Made by a program: the position numbers and the translations under genes
Shown here: piece after piece, positions 37,544 to 48,086 of the stretch
Numbering within the stretch: the stretch's first letter is position 1
Layout: every line of letters starts with the position of its first letter
Assembly (NCBI GenBank): GCA_009392295.1
Contig: VFGW01000012.1
Span: 77,718-141,717, forward strand
Length of the DNA stretch: 64,000 nt
Direction: 5' to 3'
DNA from: SAR202 cluster bacterium
GTDB lineage: Bacteria > Chloroflexota > Dehalococcoidia > Lucifugimonadales > GCA-2719675
The notes under the pieces: model-generated
Database searches by the model: none
Told to the model about the DNA's origin: nothing
Seen by the model: only the letters and a program-made list of their open reading frames with translations

Positions 37544-37783
37544 CTATTCTTTTTTAACAGACAAACATGTTGTAGTTCTATCAACACCATCGATAGGATG
37601 TATCATAGAAGGCACCAAGTCTCCTATAGAATTAACATCTTCACCTCTAGCTACAGCTATAATATCATAAGGTCCTAAAACAGAATCCACAGCTTCTATA
37701 GAATCTATTTCATTTAGCCTAGACAGTACCTCTCTAGATTTTCCGACCTTTGTAGTAATTAAAATAAAAGCCTTTACTGACAA
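37544..37783 (-). CDS. Stand-alone Lrp/AsnC ligand-binding (RAM) domain protein
   Basis: 79 aa. The pattern MSVKAFILITTKVGKSREVLSRLNEIDSIEAV...YDIIAVARGED matches a RAM/ACT-like fold without an HTH. A GGAGGA RBS lies upstream. Confidence 0.65.
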   Translation of the reverse strand: MSVKAFILITTKVGKSREVLSRLNEIDSIEAVDSVLGPYDIIAVARGEDVNSIGDLVPSMIHPIDGVDRTTTCLSVKKE

Positions 37784-37919
37784 TTGATTCCTCCTGTAAA
37801 TATCACTAATAATAATAAATAACTATCGTATATCGTAGATACGAACCATTCTATGATGACTCTCTGAACATGTCAAACCTATAAAATATTAACAATAACT
37901 CTCAAAAACGAAGCTATAC

Positions 37920-40900
37920 TTAAGGAGAATCAACTGAATAAATTGTCACTTCGTGATTTGTATAAATTACTTGAAGATTCATATCTGAAAAATTTTCAAA
38001 CTTCTTAAGGCCATCAAATGAATATTTTTTCTTTTCTAGTTCGCCAATATAAATATACTCAACTTGATATAAATTGATTAGTTCTTTAGCAAGTTGAATA
38101 TTGGTAGTATTATATATATTATCAACTATAAATTTTCTCTCTTGAACTTTTGATTTATTTCCCCATCTTTGTTGTTTTTGATGCCAATCCCAACCTAGTA
38201 ATGTTGGAAGACCTGTATAAATTGAAACCCTGTTCCCCCATGTATATAGAGGAAATTGACCTTCTAAAATTATAGGTGACCCCTGAATATGATCCCTAAT
38301 CCAATTAATCGCATCATAATCATATTTCAAATTTATAGGACCGTATTGGCTTTGATATATTGATGTTTTCATAAATTCTGCCCCATTCAAAGTAATGGGC
38401 TGTTGATCAAACCTAGTTTTAATTCGTTCAATCGTCCCAAAAATCGGATAAATAATCACACACAGTAATAATAATAAAAACAAAATTTTCCAAAGAAGAT
38501 TTATCTTCATTTGATTGAGCCTGGAAGAAAAATTTAAATTAATCAATATCCAAGCAAAAAATCCAGCAACTATCGCAAATAACGTCCAAATTTGTAAATA
38601 AAATTTAAATATAGAATTCATTCTCTGAATATCCCCTGAAACTCTAAACATTTCTAATCCAACTAGAAGACAAATTCCAATTAGAACCAATGTAGTTACA
38701 AAAAACATTACAGGATCGTACAAAACACTTTTGTTAAGAGATTTGATACAAATATATACAATAGATATAAATAAACAGAATAAAAATACAGAAGTAAAAC
38801 CTAAAAGAAAATAAAAAATTAAACCTAATATTATTGTTAAAAATAAATATATCCCACAAAATATTTTAAACCTTAACTTAAAATAACTACCAACAGAACT
38901 TAATCCTCTAAAACCTTTTAATGCAAAATAAAAATAGAAACTAGAAATTAAAAATATTAAGAGACCAAAAATATATATAAAATGTGTGAAATCAGTCTGA
39001 TTGGTAGTTTTTTCAATTGAAGAAAAATATGTATGAAAATTCAGATGATACGGCAAAAATAATAAATATCCAATTAGAAAAACAAATGCTGACTTTTTAA
39101 TAGCGGTAAATATTGTGTCCATACCAAAAAGTTTATTCTTAATTACCGAAATCCAAAAAATAGATACAATTGAAATCAATAAAAATATAGGATAATCCCA
39201 AGTATTAATTGCTCTTAAAGCTCCCAAAGAAATACCCAACATAGATAACTTAAGTAATTCATTAACATTATAATTAGAATTAAATACCTTTATTTTTTCC
39301 CCTGATTCGTAATTAAAAAATAATAAAGACATACAAATAGCCAAGGATAATATAGTATACGGAAACGCAATCAAATGAGCATGTAAATCTGCAAATAAAA
39401 ATGTGAAAAATGGGAACTCAGTAATTTCTATACCAGGACTCATCATTCTACTACTTCTCCAAAAATCAAACCCCCAAAAAGAAAAGTTACGTTTTGAAAT
39501 AATCTCTGAAAAATTTTCAAATAACTGCAATCCACCATCTAAATTCCCAAAAACTGATAATAATAAAGCCCCAAAAATACCAGCAATTACTGGTGATCTT
39601 TTAACACTTTGCAAAAATGTCATGGGCCTTTTTATAAATAGTATTTTTCTAAAACTTGAAATCTGAAAACTTTTAACGGCTAAATTAAATACTATTGAAA
39701 AAGTCCCTGAAAATGTAAAAGCAAAAAATGTAGCTATGGCTAAATTAAAGGCTATCTCAGGTAAAACACCAGTGGCATGAATAATTACAGCCACCATAAA
39801 CTGACCAAAATAATAGTAATTTAAATAGCCTCCTGAAAACCAAGGGTCATATGGTGGCATTACAGACGACTTTAGTACTGCAATTAAATAGGCTAAATCC
39901 ATTGGTTTCTCACCACCTAAGTAGGGATGCCATAAATCAGGATTCAACATCCTGATAAAAATAAATATTAAAAATGGAACTAGAAAAACCAACTCCATTC
40001 TCAAAAAGATTTTCCAATTTAACTTGATGGAATTCATGATATTGTGCTTATTAAATAAAAATATTAAAACTGAAACGGTTGACATAAAAAACATCACTAT
40101 TAACACTAATGATCTCGAAAAATCTGCAATTTTCAAACTCAATAAAATCCATGTTATATAGCTTAGAATTAATAACCCTATGATTTTTGAAAATAAAAAA
40201 CCTTTATCCTTGAGTGATGAAAATATCATTACCGTCAACGGCAAAGAAATCAAACCTAATAAGTGAATAAAAATTACCCATATAAGCACTGGGTAATCTA
40301 GAAAAAGTTTTCTATTATCTATTATAGAATTCCAGTCACCTCCTTTTTTTTGACTCAACATATCTTTAGCAGACAACATAGCATCAGCAGATTTAGGATT
40401 TATTGCAGAGAATTTTTGTGCATCTTGAGTAATAATTTTTTGAATTTTATTAGAGCTAAATCTGGAATTATTTTTAAATAATAAATTTACGGGATGATCA
40501 TATACAGTAAAACTTTCATCAGATCTACCTAAATTAATATAATTTCCTTGATAAAATTCACTTAAATTATTGGGAGGATCAAGACTTGACGGATAAAACG
40601 TTTCGTTAACAATATAAAAATTAGCTATTGAAGGAAATGTTGATTCTACATGGACTAATTCATATCCAAGTTGACCAGAAAATAAAGACCTGTAATAAGC
40701 GGATGTTTCAGGGTATCTTTCTGGCAAATTAGAAATAGTTGCATATAACCTGTGGCTATAGATATATATATAATCTGCTTCAGCTAACTTAGAAGAAATT
40801 TCTGCTTTCTTCAAAGGATTATCAGGTTGATACAAATTAAGAGTTTTTAATCTGTATTTCCCCATATTTGGCAAATATTCATCCCAAAGTTCATTTAGGA

Positions 40901-42365
40901 ATAATGACCCTTCAGGTACATTTTCTTGAATCCAATTAGACATTCGAACTGCAGAATGTTTTTTTGAATAAATAGATGAAAATGAAATTAAATATGCTAT
41001 CCCTAAACAAAAAACTATGAATACTAATGTCAAAAAAGAAAATTTAATTCGAAATCCTTTATCTTTAACAAACTCCCAAGCTAAAACCAGAGTCCTAGAA
41101 GAAAATAAAAATAAAATTGGAACAATAGGCAATAAATATCGTAAAAATTTCACTTCAAATGCACCAACTATCAAAAAATATGGCAGCACCCATGAAAGCA
41201 ATAGAATTTCCTCTTTTGCTTTTTGTTTCCGAATAGTTAAATTAATAAATAAAGCAAAAAACAAAATAGAGATTGCAAAAAATATACCCCATAAACTCGA
41301 ACTAAAAACAATGATTCCAGCAGGAATAATTCCTGCGAAAAATGTAAAACAAATTTGAGTTTTAAAATTAATTCCTCTTATAAAAGATGTTAAAAAACCT
41401 AAAATTGCTAATAAACCAAAAGGAATACCTAATCCCCAAATCACCAAATGATATAACTGATAAAAATAAGGCAAAGTCCCAATATATTGCCTCGTATAAG
41501 GATAATCCAATAAACGCCTTACCATCATAGATTGTTCTGAAATATCAGAAATAAATTTCGAATAATCTAAAAACATATATGGCTGGCATACCATAACCAT
41601 AAAAAAAGATGTCAAAATACAAACAAAAAAACATTTACTCGCATATCTAAATCGACCAAAAAAACTTGCTGCATTTGAATCCGGCATTTTCAATGGATAT
41701 GTGACAAAAATCACATATGAAATAAAAATTGTGAAATATATAGGAAATAAACTTACTTTTGTTGCAATTCCCAAACCCGTTAATAAACCTACAGCTATAG
41801 AATATTTTAAGTTGCAAAACCGAGAAATTTTATATAAAAAAAACAAAATTCCAGTAACAAAAAAAGTTAACAAAGTATCCACTGCATAAAAATGGCTCAA
41901 CTGCACATGCAAAACACAAAACCCAACAAAAAATGCAGATAAAACTGCTTCTCTTTTGCCAAACATTTCCTTCCCAATTAGATATACAAAAAATATAGTA
42001 CCCATATCAGCAGTGACTGAAATCAATCTCCCCAAAATGCGCAAATCATTTAAAGGTTCTCCAGTAAAAAAGGAAAGACCTTCTTGAAAAAATTTCAAGA
42101 AGTATAAAGGGAAACTACCATATGCAAACCATTGAGGATTCCAAGAGTTATTTTCAGCATCTAAAAATGAATATCCAGTAGAAGATCCCAGTTGTGAAAC
42201 TTTAATTAGTATAGCTCTTTCATCAGGATGAGGAGTGTAATAATAACCTATATCCCAATCCAACCCATTCAATCGAAAAATTCCCGACAAAATTAGAATC
42301 GACAATATAGGTAAATAACTTGAGGAAAATATACTTAGTATTGTAAGAAATTTTAAATTCTTCAT
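37920..42365 (-). CDS. Giant polytopic membrane protein: GT-C-like (PMT/ArnT-like) N-terminal half plus DUF2298 / Chlor_Arch_YYY-type C-terminal half; function unknown
   Basis: 1481 aa with dozens of hydrophobic helices. The N-terminal loop reads GYYYTPHPDERA, a DE-containing first-loop motif as in GT-C enzymes. The C-terminal half has GGEKPMDLAYL and GGYLNYYYFGQ; the YYY codons are at 39810-39818. Confidence 0.7.
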   Translation of the reverse strand: MKNLKFLTILSIFSSSYLPILSILILSGIFRLNGLDWDIGYYYTPHPDERAILIKVSQLGSSTGYSFLDAENNSWNPQWFAYGSFPLYFLKFFQEGLSFFTGEPLNDLRILGRLISVTADMGTIFFVYLIGKEMFGKREAVLSAFFVGFCVLHVQLSHFYAVDTLLTFFVTGILFFLYKISRFCNLKYSIAVGLLTGLGIATKVSLFPIYFTIFISYVIFVTYPLKMPDSNAASFFGRFRYASKCFFVCILTSFFMVMVCQPYMFLDYSKFISDISEQSMMVRRLLDYPYTRQYIGTLPYFYQLYHLVIWGLGIPFGLLAILGFLTSFIRGINFKTQICFTFFAGIIPAGIIVFSSSLWGIFFAISILFFALFINLTIRKQKAKEEILLLSWVLPYFLIVGAFEVKFLRYLLPIVPILFLFSSRTLVLAWEFVKDKGFRIKFSFLTLVFIVFCLGIAYLISFSSIYSKKHSAVRMSNWIQENVPEGSLFLNELWDEYLPNMGKYRLKTLNLYQPDNPLKKAEISSKLAEADYIYIYSHRLYATISNLPERYPETSAYYRSLFSGQLGYELVHVESTFPSIANFYIVNETFYPSSLDPPNNLSEFYQGNYINLGRSDESFTVYDHPVNLLFKNNSRFSSNKIQKIITQDAQKFSAINPKSADAMLSAKDMLSQKKGGDWNSIIDNRKLFLDYPVLIWVIFIHLLGLISLPLTVMIFSSLKDKGFLFSKIIGLLILSYITWILLSLKIADFSRSLVLIVMFFMSTVSVLIFLFNKHNIMNSIKLNWKIFLRMELVFLVPFLIFIFIRMLNPDLWHPYLGGEKPMDLAYLIAVLKSSVMPPYDPWFSGGYLNYYYFGQFMVAVIIHATGVLPEIAFNLAIATFFAFTFSGTFSIVFNLAVKSFQISSFRKILFIKRPMTFLQSVKRSPVIAGIFGALLLSVFGNLDGGLQLFENFSEIISKRNFSFWGFDFWRSSRMMSPGIEITEFPFFTFLFADLHAHLIAFPYTILSLAICMSLLFFNYESGEKIKVFNSNYNVNELLKLSMLGISLGALRAINTWDYPIFLLISIVSIFWISVIKNKLFGMDTIFTAIKKSAFVFLIGYLLFLPYHLNFHTYFSSIEKTTNQTDFTHFIYIFGLLIFLISSFYFYFALKGFRGLSSVGSYFKLRFKIFCGIYLFLTIILGLIFYFLLGFTSVFLFCLFISIVYICIKSLNKSVLYDPVMFFVTTLVLIGICLLVGLEMFRVSGDIQRMNSIFKFYLQIWTLFAIVAGFFAWILINLNFSSRLNQMKINLLWKILFLLLLLCVIIYPIFGTIERIKTRFDQQPITLNGAEFMKTSIYQSQYGPINLKYDYDAINWIRDHIQGSPIILEGQFPLYTWGNRVSIYTGLPTLLGWDWHQKQQRWGNKSKVQERKFIVDNIYNTTNIQLAKELINLYQVEYIYIGELEKKKYSFDGLKKFENFSDMNLQVIYTNHEVTIYSVDSP

Positions 42366-42453
42366 TCTGCAATGATACCAAATCTTAAAAACTTACAAAA
42401 TTACTTCACACTTCAGTAAAAATTTAATTCTTAAAAATTGTGAGTTAAGATAT

Positions 42454-43101
42454 TTAGTTTTCTAACTTACCGGTGATTAAATATATAACTCTCTCACTAA
42501 CATTTGTTGCTCTATCTGCAACCCTCTCAAGGTCATGAGCTACCCAAAGCAAATAAGTTGCTCTTTTAATAACATCTGCATCAGCATTCATCATACCAAG
42601 CAGCTCCTGAAAAACCCTTTGGTATAATTGATCTACTTCATCATCCTGTTTTAAAACATTTCTAGCCGCAATCAAATCACGATTCACTAAAGAATCTAAA
42701 CTTTTACTTAGCATATCTCTAGAAATATCAGCCATAGCTGGAATATCAATTAAAGGCTTTAGAGGACCTTCTTTGCCCATTTGGATAGCTATCTTTGCTA
42801 TACCTTCAGCATAATCACCCATTCTTTCTAATTCAACTCCAATATGAATTATACTTATTAAAGTCCTTAAATCACTTGCCATAGGTTGTTGAGTAGCAAT
42901 TAAATTATTGCATCTTTCTTCAATATCAATTTGCTTTCTGTCAATAAAATCATCTTGAAATATGATATCTTTTGCCAATTGATTATCCATGTTTTTTAGA
43001 GCAATCATTGAAGATTCAATAGCCTTATCCACCATCCCCCCTAAAATCAATAAATCATTAGATACAGCACTTATTTCTCTATCAAAATTTTCTCTTGGCA
43101 T
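42454..43101 (-). CDS. phoU: Phosphate signalling/transport accessory protein PhoU
   Basis: 215 aa. It has two PhoU repeats with E(x)3D-type motifs (ERMGDYAEGI and LERVADRATNV) and lies downstream of pstB. Confidence 0.9.
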   Translation of the reverse strand: MPRENFDREISAVSNDLLILGGMVDKAIESSMIALKNMDNQLAKDIIFQDDFIDRKQIDIEERCNNLIATQQPMASDLRTLISIIHIGVELERMGDYAEGIAKIAIQMGKEGPLKPLIDIPAMADISRDMLSKSLDSLVNRDLIAARNVLKQDDEVDQLYQRVFQELLGMMNADADVIKRATYLLWVAHDLERVADRATNVSERVIYLITGKLEN

Positions 43102-43111
43102 AATTTATCTC

Positions 43112-43879
43112 CTAACTAAATCTTCCTGTAATATAAGATTCCGTTCTTTCATCTTGAGGATCTGTAAAAATCTGATTTGTTTCTCCTTCTTCAACCATAT
43201 ATCCACAACGATCTTGATCAACCATAAAAAATGCAGTTCTATGTGATATCCTCGCAGCTTGTTGCATATTATGAGTAACAATAACAATAGAGACTTCTGA
43301 GCACAGATCTCGAATCAACTCTTCAATTGCTAAAGTAGCTATTGGATCAAGAGCTGAAGCAGGTTCATCCATCAACATTACCTGTGGATTAACAGCTAAA
43401 GTTCTAGCAATACAAAGTCTTTGTTGTTGACCTCCAGATAATTCCAAAGCGCCATCTTTCAATCTATCTTTTACATCTTCCCAAAGTGCTGCTTTTTTCA
43501 ATGATTTTTCAACCTCATCTTCTATCGAACCTTTAAAACCATTAATCCTCAAACCAAATGCAACATTATCAAAAATAGATTTCGGAAAAGGATTAGGTTT
43601 TTGAAAAACCATTCCTATTTTAGATCTAATATCTATCGGATCAAGTTGATTCGAATTAATATTTTCTCCATTAAAATTTATTTCTCCGTGAACCTTAGCA
43701 TCAGGGATTAAATCATTCATTCTATTAATACATCTAAGCATAGTACTTTTCCCACAACCAGATGGGCCTATTAAGGCAGTTACTTTGTTAGACAAAATAT
43801 CTATATTGACATCCTTTAAAGCTTGAAAATCCCTATACCAAACATTTAAATTCTTTACATTCAATATACTTTCGTTCAA
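43112..43879 (-). CDS. pstB: Phosphate ABC transporter ATP-binding protein PstB
   Basis: 255 aa with Walker [10 protein letters not shown], signature LSGGQQQR and Walker B LMDEP. Confidence 0.93.
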   Translation of the reverse strand: MNESILNVKNLNVWYRDFQALKDVNIDILSNKVTALIGPSGCGKSTMLRCINRMNDLIPDAKVHGEINFNGENINSNQLDPIDIRSKIGMVFQKPNPFPKSIFDNVAFGLRINGFKGSIEDEVEKSLKKAALWEDVKDRLKDGALELSGGQQQRLCIARTLAVNPQVMLMDEPASALDPIATLAIEELIRDLCSEVSIVIVTHNMQQAARISHRTAFFMVDQDRCGYMVEEGETNQIFTDPQDERTESYITGRFS

Positions 43880-43892
43880 TTAAATCCTCCAA

Positions 43893-44789
43893 TTATTCAT
43901 TAGACTTAACTTGATATCTATTCCTAAAATAAACTGCTACTGCATTCATCAATAATAAAACTGTCAATAAAACAATTATTCCTGCAGCAGCTAAACCAGT
44001 AAACTCAGCTTGAGGCCTAGAAACCCAATTAAAAATTTGAATTGGCAAAACTGTAAACCTATCCATAGCGTGGCTTGGTATAAAAGTTATATATACTAAT
44101 GCGCTAATTGCAATCATTGGAGCGCTTTCACCAATGGCTCTAGACATAGCTAAAATAGCCCCTGTTAAAAATCCTGGAAAAGCAATTGGCAAAACAACTC
44201 CTTTAACCATTTGCCATTTTGTAGCGCCTAAGGCTAACGCCGCTTCTCTGTAAGAGTTAGGCACAGCTTTGATAGACTCTCTAGTAGATAAAATGATTAT
44301 TGGTAAAATTAATAATGTCATCGTAAGGGCGCCCGCAAGTACTACCCTTCCCAAACCCATTAATTCAACAAAAATAGTAAGCCCAAGTAAGCCATAAACT
44401 ATTGAAGGCACCCCAGCTAAATTGCCAACATTTATTTCAATGAAATTTGTAATCCAATTCTTTTTTGCAAACTCTTCCAAATATATAGCCGCTCCCATTC
44501 CTATAGGCAAAGAAAAAAGCGCTGTAAGAGATAAAATCCAAAGAGTTCCAAATAATGCCGATTTCAATCCAGCTTGATCAATATGCCTAGAGGGATAATT
44601 AAATATTAAATTGGTACTCAGGTACGGCAACCCATCTCTAAGAATTTGTATTAATAGGGCAGATAAACCAATTAATCCTACTAAACTAAACAACAATAAC
44701 AAAACATAAAATAACTTACCTAAGTTTTGACGTCTTTTAATATTGCGATTAAAAGTATGGTTTGTTTCTATCAATATTTGATCCCCCAT
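43893..44789 (-). CDS. pstA: Phosphate ABC transporter permease PstA
   Basis: 298 aa. It is the second permease in the pst order and carries the EAA-loop region ([13 protein letters not shown]). Confidence 0.88.
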   Translation of the reverse strand: MGDQILIETNHTFNRNIKRRQNLGKLFYVLLLLFSLVGLIGLSALLIQILRDGLPYLSTNLIFNYPSRHIDQAGLKSALFGTLWILSLTALFSLPIGMGAAIYLEEFAKKNWITNFIEINVGNLAGVPSIVYGLLGLTIFVELMGLGRVVLAGALTMTLLILPIIILSTRESIKAVPNSYREAALALGATKWQMVKGVVLPIAFPGFLTGAILAMSRAIGESAPMIAISALVYITFIPSHAMDRFTVLPIQIFNWVSRPQAEFTGLAAAGIIVLLTVLLLMNAVAVYFRNRYQVKSNE

Positions 44790-45688
44790 CTAGTAACTAC
44801 ATATCTACCTAAAGAATTCATAAGTAAGGTCATAGCAAACAAAACGAAACCAACAGCAAAAATTGTATTGTATTCCAAAGTACCATGTGGAGTTTCACCT
44901 AAACTAAGCTGAACTATAAATGCTGTCATAGTTTGAATTCCTTCTAATGGATTCCAAGCCATTTTGGGAGTAGCCCCAGCAGCAATAGTTACTAACATAG
45001 TTTCACCAATTGCTCTTGATATTCCTAAAATAGAAGCAGCTACAATTCCAGAAAGAGCGGCAGGCAAAACAATTTTCAGTGAAACTTCCATCTTCGTCGA
45101 GCCTAAGGCATATCCAGCTTCTCTCAAAGATTTGGGAACCGATATCATCGCATCCTCTGTTATAGAAGAAATCATTGGAATAATCATTAACCCCATTACT
45201 AATCCTGCGCTTAAAGCATTGAAAACCATTATGTCAGGAAATATTTTTTCCAAAATTGGAGTAACAAATGATAAAGCAAAATAACCATACACAACTGTAG
45301 GAACACCTGCCAATATTTCTAACAACGGTCTAAAAGTTTTTCTAGTTCTTTCAGAAGCATATTCTGATAAAAACATAGCTACACCTACTCCAACAGGAAC
45401 TGCAAATGTTGCTGCTATCATAGATACTAAAATAGTTCCGGAAACTAATGGTAAAACACCATAAGAACGAGGCTTTAAAATAGGTGACCAACGTGTCCCA
45501 GAAAAAAATTCCACAAAAGAAATCTCAGAAAAAAATCCCCAAGCCTGGCTTAACAAACTATATACAATTACCACCGAAACAATTATCGATAAAAAGGCAC
45601 ATGCAAAAAATATACCTCGGAAAATATTGCCTTCAATATCTCTGAAAAATTTCCTTGGCATCTTTAATTTTTTCCTATAATTACGCAA
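44771..45688 (-). CDS. pstC: Phosphate ABC transporter permease PstC
   Basis: 305 aa. It is the first permease after pstS, with EAA loop [13 protein letters not shown], and overlaps pstA by 19 nt. Confidence 0.88.
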   Translation of the reverse strand: MRNYRKKLKMPRKFFRDIEGNIFRGIFFACAFLSIIVSVVIVYSLLSQAWGFFSEISFVEFFSGTRWSPILKPRSYGVLPLVSGTILVSMIAATFAVPVGVGVAMFLSEYASERTRKTFRPLLEILAGVPTVVYGYFALSFVTPILEKIFPDIMVFNALSAGLVMGLMIIPMISSITEDAMISVPKSLREAGYALGSTKMEVSLKIVLPAALSGIVAASILGISRAIGETMLVTIAAGATPKMAWNPLEGIQTMTAFIVQLSLGETPHGTLEYNTIFAVGFVLFAMTLLMNSLGRYVVTRWGIKY

Positions 45689-45894
45689 TCATATACTTAA
45701 GAAAATGCTCTTTGAGCTTAAATAAAATGTTAACATTTGTAAAAAAATTATCGTACATTATTAATGATACTTATTTAACATATATTCTAGATTTTTCAAC
45801 TTAATTACAATTACCTCTACACTAAATGATAAGAGCCCAATAAACTAGCGTCTGTTTTATAATTAAGTTTCAATTTCCACACATTAAAAATATA

Positions 45895-46866
45895 TTACTT
45901 AGTGAGATTGAAAAATATTTTCAAATTTTCAGCATAAACAGAATCTGGTGAAGCAACATATCCAACTTCAGATGTAAATCCTGCACCATTTTCCAAATAA
46001 AATTTGACAAATTCTTTAACTTCTTCTCTTTGTAAACTATTATTATTTATGTAAATAAATAAAGGTCTTGAAAGAGGTGTGTAGGATCCATCTTCAATAG
46101 TTCCTGTAGAAGGAGAAACACAACCATTTCCGCTATCAACTCCAAGTACCTTCAACATCGACTTATTTTCAATATAATATGCATATCCAAAATATCCTAA
46201 AGATCCTTTATCTGCACTAACACCTTTAACAAGATAGTTATCATCAGCACTAGCAATATAATCACTAGTACTGGATTGCGGTTCGCCATTGATTTCATCT
46301 GTAAAGAAATCAAAAGTTCCAGAATCAGTATCAGGACCATATCTTTGTAACTTTACATCCGGAAAACCAAGTCTTACTTGATTCCAATTAGTAATATTGG
46401 AACTAGGTTTCCAAATAGCTTTCAATTCCTCTACGGTCAAACAATCTACAAAAGAATTTGATTTATTTACAACTACTGATAAGCCATCATCACCTAATTT
46501 AAATCGTGTATATTCAACTCCATACTCTTTAGCTTGTTCTTTTTCTTTACCTTTGATAGACCTAGAAGCATTAGAAATATCTGTTTCACCGACAGTAAAT
46601 CTCTTGAATCCTCCACCAGTACCAGACACACCAACATTTACTCTTATTTTAGACATTCCAGGTAATTTGCCAAAATCTTCAGCAGCTGCCTCGGAAATAG
46701 GGAACACTGTACTAGAACCATCTATTTCGATAGTTCCTTTTAATTGCATATCTTGCACATCATTATTAGCATCTGAACCTGTAGAACATGCTATAAAAAT
46801 AATAGTACATATAAAAAATGTAAAAACAACTCTAAAATCAATGTAATTTACATTCATAATAATCAC
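45895..46866 (-). CDS. pstS: Phosphate-binding protein PstS (lipoprotein)
   Basis: 323 aa. It has a signal peptide with a lipobox-like IFIACS, then GSSTVFP and SGTGGGF motifs of the PstS family. The start could be a few codons downstream. Confidence 0.88.
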   Translation of the reverse strand: MIIMNVNYIDFRVVFTFFICTIIFIACSTGSDANNDVQDMQLKGTIEIDGSSTVFPISEAAAEDFGKLPGMSKIRVNVGVSGTGGGFKRFTVGETDISNASRSIKGKEKEQAKEYGVEYTRFKLGDDGLSVVVNKSNSFVDCLTVEELKAIWKPSSNITNWNQVRLGFPDVKLQRYGPDTDSGTFDFFTDEINGEPQSSTSDYIASADDNYLVKGVSADKGSLGYFGYAYYIENKSMLKVLGVDSGNGCVSPSTGTIEDGSYTPLSRPLFIYINNNSLQREEVKEFVKFYLENGAGFTSEVGYVASPDSVYAENLKIFFNLTK

Positions 46867-47174
46867 TTTGAACTCACCTCTACTTTAAGTCAAATCAATA
46901 TAATTTAAAAAGTTTATAATATTAATTCTGATTCCTAAATTCGTAAAAATCAAGATATCATTTCAATATCAATTTCCGAAAAGGAAATTAAATTCATTCA
47001 GTATTCAATCATAAAATTACAGATTTCGTAACATTTTTTATATTTAACTATTTACACAATATAAAGTACGTAAATTTAAATCAAAAACGACATATCGCAG
47101 TTTTATATTTTTTTGAAGAAATTAAGGTAAATATATTAAAAAATTACAAAAATAAGCTGAATTCAATCAATTAT

Positions 47175-47969
47175 TTAAACAATCAACTGATATAAACAAC
47201 TGCCCAAAATCAAAAAAGCTGTAGCTAATTTTAATTTTCTTTCTTCAAATTTTTCAAAAGTTTTAAAAATTATTGATAAACAAATTAGGCCTACAAAAAA
47301 AGATGATATTAAAGAAATAATTGAATCATAAGAAACTAATATCCTGCCAGAAATTCCCATATATATTACTGAAGCTAAACTTAAAGGAATATTAAGATAA
47401 CAATTTAATAAAAAACAATGATGAATATTTAATTTCCTTTTAACCAAAATACTCATTGCCAACCCTGATCTACTTACACCAGGAACAACCGCAAGTCCTT
47501 GAAAAAAACCAACAAGCAAACTATCCCAAAGATTAAAACCTGATATTCTTCTAAAATTTCTCCTTTTAGATAGCCCTTCAGCAAACAACAATAAACCAAA
47601 AACTCCCATTACAACAATTCCTACCCAATTAATAAGTTGAATTCTTAAAATCAAAAAAAATATTGAACCAAAAAATAAACTTATTCCTGTAGAAATAAGA
47701 AATAATTTAAATATATTAATAAAACTTTCATTCTGGTCAATAACAATTTTTCTAAAATCAACAATTAAATTTTTCCTCAATAAAGTAACTACAGAAAGCA
47801 TAGTTCCTAAATGCAGCCAAAATCCATATCCTAAATCATAATCTAAAAAAGATTTCCCTAATAATGAAATAGAATGATTAATCACTAAATGAGAACTGAC
47901 AGGAAGCCATTCAAATATACCTTGAACTACTCCTAACACAATAGCTGTAAAAATGCCTGATTTTTCCAT
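47175..47969 (-). CDS. uppP: Undecaprenyl-diphosphatase UppP/BacA
   Basis: 264 aa, polytopic. It has GVVQGIFEWLPVSS and PGVSRSG motifs. Confidence 0.85.
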   Translation of the reverse strand: MEKSGIFTAIVLGVVQGIFEWLPVSSHLVINHSISLLGKSFLDYDLGYGFWLHLGTMLSVVTLLRKNLIVDFRKIVIDQNESFINIFKLFLISTGISLFFGSIFFLILRIQLINWVGIVVMGVFGLLLFAEGLSKRRNFRRISGFNLWDSLLVGFFQGLAVVPGVSRSGLAMSILVKRKLNIHHCFLLNCYLNIPLSLASVIYMGISGRILVSYDSIISLISSFFVGLICLSIIFKTFEKFEERKLKLATAFLILGSCLYQLIV

Positions 47970-48086
47970 TTATAAATTTTCCCCCTTTTGATGATGAAAA
48001 AACACCTTAAAAAATAATATAAAATCTGATTTCAATAATATAATGATTCTATGAATCAATTAATATAAATTTCTATGGTATAAACA

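Noticed and set aside
45725-45738. A 14-nt perfect palindrome AAATGTTAACATTT in the pstS-pstC spacer.
   Set aside because: It cannot form a hairpin because there is no loop. Short AT palindromes are expected by chance at this base composition, and nothing links it to a regulator.
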